Shown here in pieces: positions 8,916 to 18,658 of a stretch of DNA of 64,000 nt; positions within the stretch are counted from its first letter, which is position 1, and the number at the start of each line of letters is the position of its first letter. Both the position numbers and the translations under genes were made by a program. The notes under the pieces are model-generated. The model worked only from the letters and a program-made list of their open reading frames with translations. It had not been told where the DNA came from and did no database searches. The stretch is from Treponema sp. (GTDB taxonomy: Bacteria > Spirochaetota > Spirochaetia > Treponematales > Treponemataceae). Location: NCBI GenBank assembly GCA_045627625.1, contig JAZQOB010000124.1:1505-65504 (forward strand). Reading direction: 5' to 3'.

Positions 8916-10291
8916 TTTGCTTTATTTGGTAATTCAATTCTAACCATGGCGCCACTTGGACTGTGAGTGGCGTTGTGGGCAGAAATCTTTCCGTTCATAG
9001 ATTCGATAATTGTTTTTGCAATTGAAAGTCCAAGTCCTGAACCGCCCGCAGATCTGGTATGTGCGGCATCCCCACGATAAAATCTTTCAAATACATGAGG
9101 AATATTTTCTTCACCAAATCCCTGTCCATTATCTTCCAGTTCAATAATGGTTGTGGAATTATTCTGTTTACAGCTGAAGGTCAAAGTTGCAGGACTAGGT
9201 GCAAACTTCAGACTGTTAGAAACTATTACAGTAAAAACCTGGTGCAAAAGTTCAATGTCACCAGGAACCATAGTATTGATTGTCTGGTCGTAATTGATAA
9301 TGGTTTCTGGTTTTACACTTAAGGTTTCGTCTTTAAGCCGGTCAAATAAATCTTTTACATCTACAGTTGTAATCTGAGGCTGAATTCTTCCGCTTTCCAA
9401 ACGGCTCATCTGTAAAAGATTATTAATGATAGCTTCCATGGATTTTGTTTCATTTATGATTGTTCCCAGGGATTTTTCCAGCTGTGTAGGATCATCTTTT
9501 CCCCAGCGGCGAAGAAGATTTGCCTGCCCCAGAATAACTGCAACTGGAGTTTTTAATTCATGGGAAACATCGCTGGTAAACTGTCGTTCTCTGTCAAAAT
9601 CATTTTTAAGTCTTGTGAACAAATCGTTGAAGGTCTCGGCAAGTTCATCCAGTTCATTTCCTTTTTTAGACACTGGCAGCAGGGTATCAAGATTTGTACT
9701 GCTGATTTTATTTGCACTGTCAGTCATTTTTACAACCGGAGACATGGTTCTGCGGGTCATAAAAATTGAAACAATAAAACAGATCAAAAGTAATGGCATA
9801 ATTCCAAGCAAAATTGCTTTTGGGATTTCTGTTTTGAATTTGCTGGAAGAGTCGGTATCAAGGTTTGTTGCAACCATGATTGTAAGTACTTCATTTTGAA
9901 TTCTTGCTTTTTTTGCAAAGTAAAGAATGTTCAAATCGCCGTCCAGATAAAAGTTCTTTTCGAAGTAAGAACGAGGTTTTGAAGGCGTAACTGGCAGGTG
10001 TGGAAGATAAGGGTCATTTCCTTCAATAAATTCTTCCTCTTCATTATAAACAATGTAAGTTAAATAGTAGGGAAGGGTTGGAGAGGCAGTTTGTTCTTCG
10101 GAAATTGAATTGAAAAAGATTGTTGCTTCAATGTTTTCTGCAGCAAGAGTTAATTCTTCGTTGGTCTGACTTTGAACACTGGCGGACAGCATTGAAAAGA
10201 AAGAAATTGAAAGAATAATAACTGCTGCAGTTAGAATAAGTGTAAATAATAATGAAAGACGGAATGCTACTGAATGAATGAATTTTTTCAT
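8912..10291 (-). CDS. HAMP-domain sensor histidine kinase
   Basis: Two TMs, HAMP, SHELKTP H-box and HATPase GSGLGL. Confidence 0.95.
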   Translation of the reverse strand: MKKFIHSVAFRLSLLFTLILTAAVIILSISFFSMLSASVQSQTNEELTLAAENIEATIFFNSISEEQTASPTLPYYLTYIVYNEEEEFIEGNDPYLPHLPVTPSKPRSYFEKNFYLDGDLNILYFAKKARIQNEVLTIMVATNLDTDSSSKFKTEIPKAILLGIMPLLLICFIVSIFMTRRTMSPVVKMTDSANKISSTNLDTLLPVSKKGNELDELAETFNDLFTRLKNDFDRERQFTSDVSHELKTPVAVILGQANLLRRWGKDDPTQLEKSLGTIINETKSMEAIINNLLQMSRLESGRIQPQITTVDVKDLFDRLKDETLSVKPETIINYDQTINTMVPGDIELLHQVFTVIVSNSLKFAPSPATLTFSCKQNNSTTIIELEDNGQGFGEENIPHVFERFYRGDAAHTRSAGGSGLGLSIAKTIIESMNGKISAHNATHSPSGAMVRIELPNKAN

Positions 10292-10977
10292 TTTTCAGAT
10301 CCATCAATCATCATATAACCCATTCCTCGGATTGTTTTGATATAAGTTTCTTTTACATGCTGGTCAATTTTTGTTCTAAGATAACCAATGTAAACATCAA
10401 CTGTATTTTCATCAAGAAAATGGTCTTTTCCCCAGATGGCATCAATAATCTGATCACGGCTGAAAATCTGATTTGGTTTTTCCATGAACATTTTAAGCAT
10501 CATAAATTCTGTTTTTGATAAAGTTAAATCTTCACCTTTAAGAATTACTTTCATGCTTTCTGGAATCATTTCCAAATCACGATTTTTAAGATGCAAAGGA
10601 CCACTGGCAGCAACTGGAGTGGCACGGCGTAAAACTGCTCGCATTCTGGCAAGAAGTTCTTCAATTTCAAAAGGTTTAGGAATATAGTCGTCGGCACCTG
10701 CATCAAGACCGTTTACTCGGTCATAAGTTTCGCCTCGTGCAGTTACAAGAATAACTGGAGTTGAAGAAGTTTTTCTGATACGGCGTAAAACTTCAAGACC
10801 ACTAAGTTCAGGAAGCATTACATCCAGTAAAATTAAGTCAGGATTAAAGCTTTCGAATTTTTCCAGAGCTTCGCGGCCTGTTGCGGCAACTTCTGTTTCG
10901 AAGCCTTCGTGTTTAAGTTCAAGATTTACAAAATCGCTGATTCCTGTATCGTCTTCTACAATTAAAATTTTATCCAT
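10288..10977 (-). CDS. OmpR-family response regulator
   Basis: Receiver domain (EDD, LDVMLP, KPF) plus winged helix (IKTIRGMGY). Confidence 0.95.
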   Translation of the reverse strand: MDKILIVEDDTGISDFVNLELKHEGFETEVAATGREALEKFESFNPDLILLDVMLPELSGLEVLRRIRKTSSTPVILVTARGETYDRVNGLDAGADDYIPKPFEIEELLARMRAVLRRATPVAASGPLHLKNRDLEMIPESMKVILKGEDLTLSKTEFMMLKMFMEKPNQIFSRDQIIDAIWGKDHFLDENTVDVYIGYLRTKIDQHVKETYIKTIRGMGYMMIDGSEK

Positions 10978-11010
10978 TGTTTTGTCCTTGTAAGTGTTCG
11001 TTTATTGAAA

Positions 11011-11478
11011 TTAAAAATGCTGTGTTTTTGGTGGAATTGGATTTCCATCAAAGTTTTTAATTCCTGATAATATAATCTGTCTTAGTTCTGAAACCTCTAC
11101 AAAAAATCTTGCACGAGTTCCTTCTCTATTGAAAGAAATCTTTACATTCTGTGGTAAAGGTCGTGAATTAATAGTAATTGTTCTTCCGTTCAAACTCTGA
11201 GGATTTACTGGTCCAGAAAAATGAATATCAATCTGGTATCCTTCTCCCCAGGCTTCTGCATCAATAGAAAGAATTGATACTGGAATATTTTCATCTTCTG
11301 AAAGTTTCCTCTGTCCCCTGAAAGGTTTTGAATCAGGTCGTTCAGGTCTTGGAGAAGATTCAGATTCTGGTCGTGGAGAAGGAGCAGGTCCTTGTCCCGG
11401 ACGAGTTGGTCTTACCTGACCTGATAAAGCCGAAAGAGAAAACAAAATTACTAATATAGAAAAGATAGTCTTTTTCAT
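11011..11478 (-). CDS. Secreted Pro-rich protein with Ig-like C-terminal domain, first gene of the TCS operon
   Basis: Signal peptide, Pro/Arg/Ser-rich linker and IHFSGPVNPQSL (Big_5-like). Confidence 0.6.
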   Translation of the reverse strand: MKKTIFSILVILFSLSALSGQVRPTRPGQGPAPSPRPESESSPRPERPDSKPFRGQRKLSEDENIPVSILSIDAEAWGEGYQIDIHFSGPVNPQSLNGRTITINSRPLPQNVKISFNREGTRARFFVEVSELRQIILSGIKNFDGNPIPPKTQHF

Positions 11479-11527
11479 TACTTATAGTATAAATCATATA
11501 AAAAGTTTTTTTCAATGTTTTTAAATA

Positions 11528-11565
11528 TAAGAATATTCTTATTTTTTTCTTAGGAAAGATTCATG
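11528..11565. promoter_or_regulatory. Putative response-regulator binding site
   Basis: Perfect palindrome TAAGAATATTCTTA (11528-11541) and TTCTTA direct repeats 11 bp apart (11536, 11547), in the divergent intergenic region. Confidence 0.45.
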
Positions 11566-11644
11566 AACTGGGTTTGGGTTTGCATTATAGTTAGTATAGA
11601 AATCGGGAGAGGTGATTTCAAAAAATAGTTTTTAGGAGATAACT

Positions 11645-12469
11645 ATGAAACAGACAAAAAAGATTTTACTTTCAGTATTTATGGCAGCATTATCAGGAAG
11701 TGCAGTATCACTTTTTGCAGATACTAGTTCAATTAATTTTACATCAGCACAGGGTTTTACAAATACAACTGGTTATGTAGCTGAAGTTAAAGCTTTCCGC
11801 CCAGAAAGTGACAGAAAAACCACAACTACTACAACCACAACAACTACCACTACTACAGTAACAAAAGAAAAAGGTAATGGTAAAAAAGAAGTAAAACCAG
11901 GAAATGGATACGGAAGAGATAAAAACAAATCGGATGATGAGGATGAAATTTGCTTCTGCGGAAAAAAACATGGCAAAGGTGTATCTCATGGATATGGTCA
12001 TGGACATGAAAAACCTTCAAAACCAGAAACAAAGCCATGTGATAAGCCAACTGTAAAACCTGGAACAAAACCATGTGATAAGCCAGCTGTAAAACCTGGA
12101 ACAAAACCATGTGACAAACCAGCTAAACCAGAAGCTAAACCACAGGTAAAACCTTTTAAGCCAGAAACAAAGCCTGCAGTAACACCTGCTAAACCTGAAC
12201 CAAAACCTCAGGTTAAGCCAGGAGCTCCAAAGCCACAGGTAAAGCCTGAAGCACCTAAACCACAGGTTAAACCTGAAGCTCCAAAACCTGAATTTAAACC
12301 TGCTCGTCCTGAAGTAAAACCTACTCCAAAACCTGCAGATCCTAAAAAACCAGGAGCTCCAGATGATGATGACGATGAATGGTGGAAAAAACACAATGGT
12401 AGAAGACACATGAAAAATGGTGATTCTATTCCTGCTGAAATCATCATCGATTCAAGAGTTAAAAAATAA
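11645..12469 (+). CDS. Secreted low-complexity Pro/Lys repeat protein with His/Cys patch
   Basis: RBS aggag, signal peptide, poly-Thr, CFCGKKHGKGVSHGYGHGH, KPCDKP x3 and KPQVKP repeats. Confidence 0.8.
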   Translation: MKQTKKILLSVFMAALSGSAVSLFADTSSINFTSAQGFTNTTGYVAEVKAFRPESDRKTTTTTTTTTTTTTVTKEKGNGKKEVKPGNGYGRDKNKSDDEDEICFCGKKHGKGVSHGYGHGHEKPSKPETKPCDKPTVKPGTKPCDKPAVKPGTKPCDKPAKPEAKPQVKPFKPETKPAVTPAKPEPKPQVKPGAPKPQVKPEAPKPQVKPEAPKPEFKPARPEVKPTPKPADPKKPGAPDDDDDEWWKKHNGRRHMKNGDSIPAEIIIDSRVKK

Positions 12470-12487
12470 TTAATTCTTGTTAAACTA

Positions 12488-12524
12488 AAAAAGGGATGTC
12501 TTTGGAAACAAGGCATCCCTTTTT
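12488..12524. terminator. Bidirectional terminator
   Basis: aaaaagggatg...catcccttttt between convergent genes. Confidence 0.8.
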
Positions 12525-12541
12525 AGTCTTTATTTATAAGA

Positions 12542-13474
12542 TTAATCTGCAAACAATGGAGTAGAAAGGTAGCGGTCTCCTGTATCTGGGAGAATTACTA
12601 CAATGTTCTTTCCTTTGAATTCTGGGCGTTTTGCAACTTCAATGGCAGCCCAAACTGCAGCCCCTGCCGAAATACCAACAAGAATTCCTTCTTTCTTGCC
12701 AATTAATTTTCCTGTGGCAAAAGCATCTTCGTTTTCTACAGGAATAATTTCGTCATAAATTTTTGTATCAAGAATATCTGGAACAAAGCCTGCTCCAATT
12801 CCCTGAATTTTATGTGGACCTGCAACTCCTGTTGAAAGTACGGCAGAAGATTTTGGTTCAACTGCAATAACTTTAACATCTGGATTTTTAGATTTAAGGT
12901 ATGTTCCAATTCCTGTAATTGTACCACCAGTTCCAACACCAGCCACAATTGCATCTACTTTACCGTCTGTATCTTCGTAAATTTCTGGTCCTGTAGTTTC
13001 GATATGAGCTTTTGGATTAGAAGGATTTACAAACTGTCCTGGAATAAAGCTGTTTGGAATAGAAGCAGCCAGTTCTTCAGCTTTTGCAATTGCACCTTTC
13101 ATGCCTTTTGCACCTTCTGACAAAACTAATTCAGCACCATATGCCTTCATAATCTGGCGGCGTTCAACGGACATTGTATCTGGCATAACAATAATACATC
13201 TGTAACCTTTGGCGGCAGCAACCGAAGCAAGACCAATACCTGTGTTACCTGAAGTTGGTTCAATAATTACTGAATCGCTTTTTAATTTTCCTGCTGCTTC
13301 TGCATCATCCAGCATCTTTTTTGCAATGCGGTCTTTAATGCTTCCCGCTGGATTAAAATATTCAACCTTTGCAATTACTTTTGCTCCAAGATTGAATTCC
13401 TTTTCGATGTTGGAAAGTTCAAGAAGTGGTGTGTGACCAATAAGCTGATCTGCTGATGTATAAATGTTTGCCAT
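12542..13474 (-). CDS. cysK: Cysteine synthase A
   Basis: NPAGSIKDR (PLP lysine), [15 protein letters not shown] and HKIQGIG. Confidence 0.97.
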   Translation of the reverse strand: MANIYTSADQLIGHTPLLELSNIEKEFNLGAKVIAKVEYFNPAGSIKDRIAKKMLDDAEAAGKLKSDSVIIEPTSGNTGIGLASVAAAKGYRCIIVMPDTMSVERRQIMKAYGAELVLSEGAKGMKGAIAKAEELAASIPNSFIPGQFVNPSNPKAHIETTGPEIYEDTDGKVDAIVAGVGTGGTITGIGTYLKSKNPDVKVIAVEPKSSAVLSTGVAGPHKIQGIGAGFVPDILDTKIYDEIIPVENEDAFATGKLIGKKEGILVGISAGAAVWAAIEVAKRPEFKGKNIVVILPDTGDRYLSTPLFAD

Positions 13475-13520
13475 AATTTGTTTGTGTAAGAATGAATCTT
13501 ACTTTCCTCCGTTTTGTTAT

Positions 13521-13575
13521 AACCTAGCAAACTAGTAGGCAATGTATTTATATAATTTATTTTACATGTTGTCAA
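13521..13575 (-). promoter_or_regulatory. cysK promoter with putative Rrf2 operator
   Basis: TTGACA on the minus strand (13570-13575); operator-like AACCTAGCAAACTAGTAGGCAAT at 13521-13543. Confidence 0.65.
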
Positions 13576-13591
13576 TTAAATTTCAAAAAAG

Positions 13592-14170
13592 TTATTTTCT
13601 TTTACTGATTGAAACTCCATCGCCAAATGGATAGAAGGTAGTTTCGAATTCTTCGTTAGCTTTTAAAAAAGCAATGTACTTCTGAATTTTCTTTACCAGC
13701 TTTTTTGTACTGTAGTTGTGAGTAAGGCTTAAGTCTTCTACCATGCCATGAAAACTTAAGTTGTCACTGAAAATCACACCTTCAGGCGAAAGATTATTTT
13801 TGTATTTTTCAAAGAATTTAATGTACTGAGCTTTTGCGGCATCAATAAAGATTAAATCAAAAGTGCCTTCAAGTTCGCAGGTCAAAGCATCTGCATTAAT
13901 AAGAGTGATACGGTCCGAAAGCCCGCAATCATTTACATTCTGTCGTGCCTGAATGTGTCGGTCGATATCAATTTCTATAGAAGTAACCTGAATATCTGGG
14001 CCTGCTTTTGCAAATTTAATTGTTGAATAACCAATGGCAGTTCCAATTTCAAGAATTCTTTTAACATTGTGTTCTTTAATATATTCGAGCATAAAGTCAA
14101 TTCCGTCTTCCTGCATAATAGGGACAGAGTTCTTTCGTGCAAAGGTTTTTATGTCTTTTTCTTCTTCCAT
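13592..14170 (-). CDS. SAM-dependent O-methyltransferase (TrmR/YrrM-like)
   Basis: ILEIGTAIGYS, FIDAAKAQY and SDN motifs. Confidence 0.88.
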   Translation of the reverse strand: MEEEKDIKTFARKNSVPIMQEDGIDFMLEYIKEHNVKRILEIGTAIGYSTIKFAKAGPDIQVTSIEIDIDRHIQARQNVNDCGLSDRITLINADALTCELEGTFDLIFIDAAKAQYIKFFEKYKNNLSPEGVIFSDNLSFHGMVEDLSLTHNYSTKKLVKKIQKYIAFLKANEEFETTFYPFGDGVSISKRK

Positions 14171-14271
14171 AGTGATTTGATTATATAGAAAAAAGAGAGT
14201 TTAGACAAAAGAAAAAAAGCATTCTTGCATAAGCGTTTTTTTTCACTATAATTAATAAAAGAGGAAAAAAT

Positions 14272-14436
14272 ATGACTTCGACTTTTGATAGTTGGACAGC
14301 TTATGATGACTGGCTGATTGAAAATTATCCTAATTACAACATCTACAAAGTAAATGAAGTAGATGGCAAAATTGAAATTGAATATTGTAAAAAAGGTGAA
14401 TTGCAGAAAATTATTGACGGTGAAAAGGCTGAATAA
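14272..14436 (+). CDS. Small 54-aa hypothetical protein (not in ORF track)
   Basis: TTGCAT-16bp-TATAAT promoter, GAGG RBS, and ORF MTSTFDSWTAYDDWLIENYPNYNIYKVNEVDGKIEIEYCKKGELQKIIDGEKAE. Confidence 0.75.
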   Translation: MTSTFDSWTAYDDWLIENYPNYNIYKVNEVDGKIEIEYCKKGELQKIIDGEKAE

Positions 14437-14439
14437 TTT

Positions 14440-15132
14440 TTGAAAAAGGATAGGGCTTTGGGTTTATTTCATGATGATGATATAGATGATGATTTCTCTT
14501 TTAACAAAAAATCAAGTTTCTATTCTTATAATTACAACTATAACTACAATGACAATAATGATGATTATGAATATGAAGAGCGTCGCAGAAGACGAAGAAA
14601 AAATCCTAAAAGGCAAATTGCTCTTTTTGTAATTATCATTGGAATTCTTGCCATTTATCAGGTTCTCACAAATAAACCTGTAGAAAAAGATCCTGTTCTG
14701 GTAGATCCAAATACTGTTACCGAACAGCAAAAACTTGATGGTTTTACTACCGAACGAATTTACAAGCATTACACAGAATTAATCGATAAATACTTCCCAA
14801 ACAACAAGTCCGATTTTATTGGTTGGACAATTCAATATAAAAAGAATGAAGAATGGAATCAGATTTCCTACACCGACATTAATGGCGAAAGCACCAGCGG
14901 CAACTACTATGGAGTTTGTGATTATGGTGCAAAAGTTATTTATTTGAATGATGATTTTTTTCCTCGCTACGACAGCCATGACGATGTAATTCTCCACGAA
15001 ATGATTCATATTGTAACCCAGGGAGAAGGGCATCAGGGACGCTTCTTAAAAGAAATAAAAAGAGTCAGCAAAGCTTCTGGAATTCCTGTAAATGTTTTAT
15101 ACGGCTATAACGGTTACGGTTCAGTAGAGTAA
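14440..15132 (+). CDS. Membrane-anchored SprT-like zinc metalloprotease
   Basis: Acidic/Asn-Tyr N-terminus, poly-Arg, TM helix and ILHEMIH..GHQGRF. Confidence 0.75.
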   Translation: MKKDRALGLFHDDDIDDDFSFNKKSSFYSYNYNYNYNDNNDDYEYEERRRRRRKNPKRQIALFVIIIGILAIYQVLTNKPVEKDPVLVDPNTVTEQQKLDGFTTERIYKHYTELIDKYFPNNKSDFIGWTIQYKKNEEWNQISYTDINGESTSGNYYGVCDYGAKVIYLNDDFFPRYDSHDDVILHEMIHIVTQGEGHQGRFLKEIKRVSKASGIPVNVLYGYNGYGSVE

Positions 15133-15175
15133 TTCATATTGACAATTAATGTAAAAATGTCATAATTAACTCATT

Positions 15176-16378
15176 ATGAATTTACTTAAAAAAATCTATT
15201 GTCGTACATTTCAGTTTTGTTTTAAGGTTGCTATTCCAGTATTACCTTATCGTCAGCCAGTTTTAATTGACGGTTTTGAAGGCCTTCCAGAAGTTCTTCG
15301 AAAAGAAAAAAAATCCAGACTCATTATTGTTACTGATAAATCTATTGCAGGTCTTGGTTTATTAGATGGATTAAAAAATATTCTTTCGAACAATAATTTT
15401 GATTTCTGTGTTTATGACGGAACTGTTCCTAATCCTACAACTGAAAATGTTGAAGAAGCACTCAAGCTTTACAAAGAAAATAATTGTGATGCTATTATTG
15501 GTTTTGGTGGTGGTTCTTCCATGGATTGTGCTAAGGCGTTAGGTGTTAGAGTTGCCCGCCCTCATACAAGTCTTGGTAAAGTAAAAGGTATTCTTAAAGT
15601 ATTTAAAAAACTTCCTTTACTTATCGCCGTTCCAACTACAGCCGGAACAGGAAGCGAAACTACTCTTGCCGCTGTTATTCGAGATCCTGTTACTACTGAA
15701 AAATATGCAATTAATGATTTCCCATTGATTCCTCGTTATGCAGTTATGGAACCAAGAATTACTCTGTCCCTTCCTGCAAAAATTACTTCAACTACAGGAA
15801 TGGATGCTTTGACTCATGCGGTTGAAGCTTTTATTGGTGGTTCTACAACTAAAAAAACAAGAGACTGTTCATTAGAAGCGGTTAAATTGATTTTTGAAAA
15901 TCTTGATGAAGCAGTATTCAACGGAACAAATGTAGATGCACGAAAAAATATGCTGCAGGCTTCTTTCTTTGCAGGCTGTGCCTTTACTGTTTCTTATGTT
16001 GGATATGTTCACGCAATTGCTCATTCTTTGGGTGGAAAATACAATGTTCCTCATGGTCTGGCAAATGCAATTATTCTTCCTGTTATACTTAAGGCTTACG
16101 GAAAAAAGGCCTGGAAGAAGCTTGCCATTCTTTCTAAAGTTGCAGGAGTTTCTTCTGAATCTGCCAGTGACGAAGTTGCTGCTAAAGAATTTATAAAAGC
16201 AATTGAAGAAAAGAACGAAAAATACGGCATTGGAAAAAGCTTTGCAGAAATCAAAAAAGAAGATATTCCATTTATGTCTCGTCATGCAGATAAAGAAGCA
16301 AATCCTTTGTATCCTGTTCCTGTTTTGTGGAATGCCAAGGAACTGGAACATTTTTACCTTGAATTAATGGAATCTTAA
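15176..16378 (+). CDS. Iron-containing alcohol dehydrogenase
   Basis: GGGSSMD, PTTAGTGSE, GMDALTHAVE, HAIAH and PHG. Confidence 0.95.
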   Translation: MNLLKKIYCRTFQFCFKVAIPVLPYRQPVLIDGFEGLPEVLRKEKKSRLIIVTDKSIAGLGLLDGLKNILSNNNFDFCVYDGTVPNPTTENVEEALKLYKENNCDAIIGFGGGSSMDCAKALGVRVARPHTSLGKVKGILKVFKKLPLLIAVPTTAGTGSETTLAAVIRDPVTTEKYAINDFPLIPRYAVMEPRITLSLPAKITSTTGMDALTHAVEAFIGGSTTKKTRDCSLEAVKLIFENLDEAVFNGTNVDARKNMLQASFFAGCAFTVSYVGYVHAIAHSLGGKYNVPHGLANAIILPVILKAYGKKAWKKLAILSKVAGVSSESASDEVAAKEFIKAIEEKNEKYGIGKSFAEIKKEDIPFMSRHADKEANPLYPVPVLWNAKELEHFYLELMES

Positions 16379-16415
16379 TTTACAATTAAATAAGAAGCCT
16401 GATTTGGAGAAAAAT

Positions 16416-17795
16416 ATGACTAAAGAAGAAATCAATACAATCGTAAGAAATCAGAGAGTTTTCTTTTCAACCGGTACAACTTTGGATCCTGCTTATAGAA
16501 TTAAAGCATTGAAAAAACTTCAGTCTGTAATGAAGCGGGATATTGATAAAATTAATGACGCAATTAAAGCTGATTTAGGAAAAAGTGCTTTTGAAAGTTA
16601 TATGTGTGAATCTGGTCTCAGTCTTTCTGAAATTGACTACATGATTAAACATATTAAAAAGTTTTCGAAGGTTCGTTCAGTTCCAACTCCTTTAGTTCAT
16701 TTTCATTCAACAAGTAAAATTCAGCCATCTCCTTATGGTGTTACTCTTATAATGAGTCCATGGAATTATCCAGTTCTTTTGACTATTGATGCTCTGGTAG
16801 ATTCTCTTGCTGCTGGAAATACTGTTGTTGTAAAACCAAGTGCTTATTCACCTGCAACTTCCAAAGTCATTAAAGAATTGATTGAAGAATGTTTTGCTCC
16901 TGAATATGTAACAACAATTACTGGTGGTAGAGCAGAAAACAATTTCCTTTTGGATGAACACTTTGATTATATTTTCTTTACTGGAAGTAAAACTGTTGGT
17001 AAAGAAGTTATGCGTCGTGCGGCTGAACATTTGACTCCTGTAACATTGGAATTGGGCGGAAAGAGTCCTTGTATTATTGACGAAAAAGCAAACATTGGTG
17101 TTGCGGCTCGTCGTGTTGTATTTGGAAAATATTTGAACTGCGGTCAGACTTGTGTTGCTCCAGATTATATTCTTGTTCATCAGAGCATTAAGGATAAATT
17201 TGTTGAAGCAGTAATTAAAGAAATCAAACGACAGTACGGGGACAGACCTCTCGAAAATCCAAATTACGGTAAAATCATTAATGAAAAACACTTCAACCGA
17301 GTTTTAGGACTTATTGATAAAAATAAAGTTGTAGCAGGTGGTGAATCAAATCCTGAAACTTTGCAGATTGCTCCAACTGTTATGGATAATGTTACTTATG
17401 AAGATGCTGTAATGCAGGAAGAAATTTTTGGTCCTGTAATGCCAATTATTACATACAAATATCTTGATGTTGCTCTGGAAGTTGTAAATGCCAGTGAATC
17501 TCCTCTGGCTTTATACATTTTTACCGACAACAAAAAACTTGCTAAAAAAGTTATTAAAGAAGCTCGTTTTGGTGGTGGATGTATTAATGATACTATTGTT
17601 CATCTTGCAACAAGCGAAATGGGCTTTGGTGGTTTTGGCGAAAGTGGAATTGGTTCTTACCATGGTAAAAAAGGTTTTGAGACTTTCACTCATTACAAGA
17701 GCATTCTGGAAAAGAAAAACTGGATTGATTTACCAATGCGCTATCAGCCATATAAGTCACTTTGGGATAAAGTTATTCATTTGTTCTTAAAATAA
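16416..17795 (+). CDS. Aldehyde dehydrogenase (ALDH3-like)
   Basis: PWNYP, FTGS, LELGGKSP, GQTC and EEIFGP. ATG at 16416 follows a GGAG RBS. Confidence 0.95.
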   Translation: MTKEEINTIVRNQRVFFSTGTTLDPAYRIKALKKLQSVMKRDIDKINDAIKADLGKSAFESYMCESGLSLSEIDYMIKHIKKFSKVRSVPTPLVHFHSTSKIQPSPYGVTLIMSPWNYPVLLTIDALVDSLAAGNTVVVKPSAYSPATSKVIKELIEECFAPEYVTTITGGRAENNFLLDEHFDYIFFTGSKTVGKEVMRRAAEHLTPVTLELGGKSPCIIDEKANIGVAARRVVFGKYLNCGQTCVAPDYILVHQSIKDKFVEAVIKEIKRQYGDRPLENPNYGKIINEKHFNRVLGLIDKNKVVAGGESNPETLQIAPTVMDNVTYEDAVMQEEIFGPVMPIITYKYLDVALEVVNASESPLALYIFTDNKKLAKKVIKEARFGGGCINDTIVHLATSEMGFGGFGESGIGSYHGKKGFETFTHYKSILEKKNWIDLPMRYQPYKSLWDKVIHLFLK

Positions 17796-17849
17796 AAAAA
17801 ATTGTTTTCCTCTGTCCCCTTTGTGTTATAATTATTTACGAGGTGAATA

Positions 17850-18575
17850 ATGTATTTAGGTGGAATTGATATTACATATTTGATTTTTGTTTTACCTGCA
17901 GTGCTTTTAAGCTTATGGGCTTCGGCAATGGTAAAGAGTAGATTTGCTAAGTTTGATAAAGTTGCCAGCAAACGAAATTTAACTGGAGCTCAGGCTGCGG
18001 CACTTTTACTGGAAAAAAACGGAATTACAGATGTAAAGATTTCCCATATCAATGGGGATTTAACAGATAACTATAATCCAACAAACAATGTTTTGAGTTT
18101 GAGTGATTCAACTTACAGCAGTACATCTATTGCGGCAATTGGTGTTGCGGCTCACGAAACTGGTCATGCAATTCAGCATCATGTAGGATATTTTCCTCTG
18201 GTGTTCAGAAAGGCTTTAGTTCCTGTTGCAAATATTGGTTCTCGTTTTGGCCCTTTACTGGCAGTTGCTGGTCTGGTATTTGGAAGTACTGCAGAATCAA
18301 ATTTAAGCATTTTTCAGTTGATTACTGATATTGGTTTGATTTTATTTGGTCTTTCTGTATTGTTCTATATTGTTACTTTGCCAGTAGAATTTAATGCTTC
18401 CAGCAGAGCTTTGAAGATTCTGAAAGAAACAGGGGCTTTGACTGACAGTTCCGAAATTAGCGGGGCAAGAAAAGTTCTTTGGGCTGCAGCTATGACTTAT
18501 GTTGCTTCTGCTCTTACTGCAATTGGTTCTTTCCTGAGAATCCTGCTTTTGACAAGAGGCAGAAAAAGACGGTAG
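17850..18575 (+). CDS. Membrane zinc metallopeptidase (YugP family)
   Basis: AAHETGHAIQH, TLPVEFNAS and AAAMTYVA. Confidence 0.92.
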   Translation: MYLGGIDITYLIFVLPAVLLSLWASAMVKSRFAKFDKVASKRNLTGAQAAALLLEKNGITDVKISHINGDLTDNYNPTNNVLSLSDSTYSSTSIAAIGVAAHETGHAIQHHVGYFPLVFRKALVPVANIGSRFGPLLAVAGLVFGSTAESNLSIFQLITDIGLILFGLSVLFYIVTLPVEFNASSRALKILKETGALTDSSEISGARKVLWAAAMTYVASALTAIGSFLRILLLTRGRKRR

Positions 18576-18600
18576 GAATTAAAAATTAAGAATTAAGTAT

Positions 18601-18658
18601 AAAAAAAAGGATGCCTTTTTTTACGGTGAACCGTGTTTAGGCATCCTTATTTTTTTTT
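18601..18658. terminator. Bidirectional terminator
   Basis: aaggatgcct/aggcatcctt stem flanked by A and T runs between convergent genes. Confidence 0.7.
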
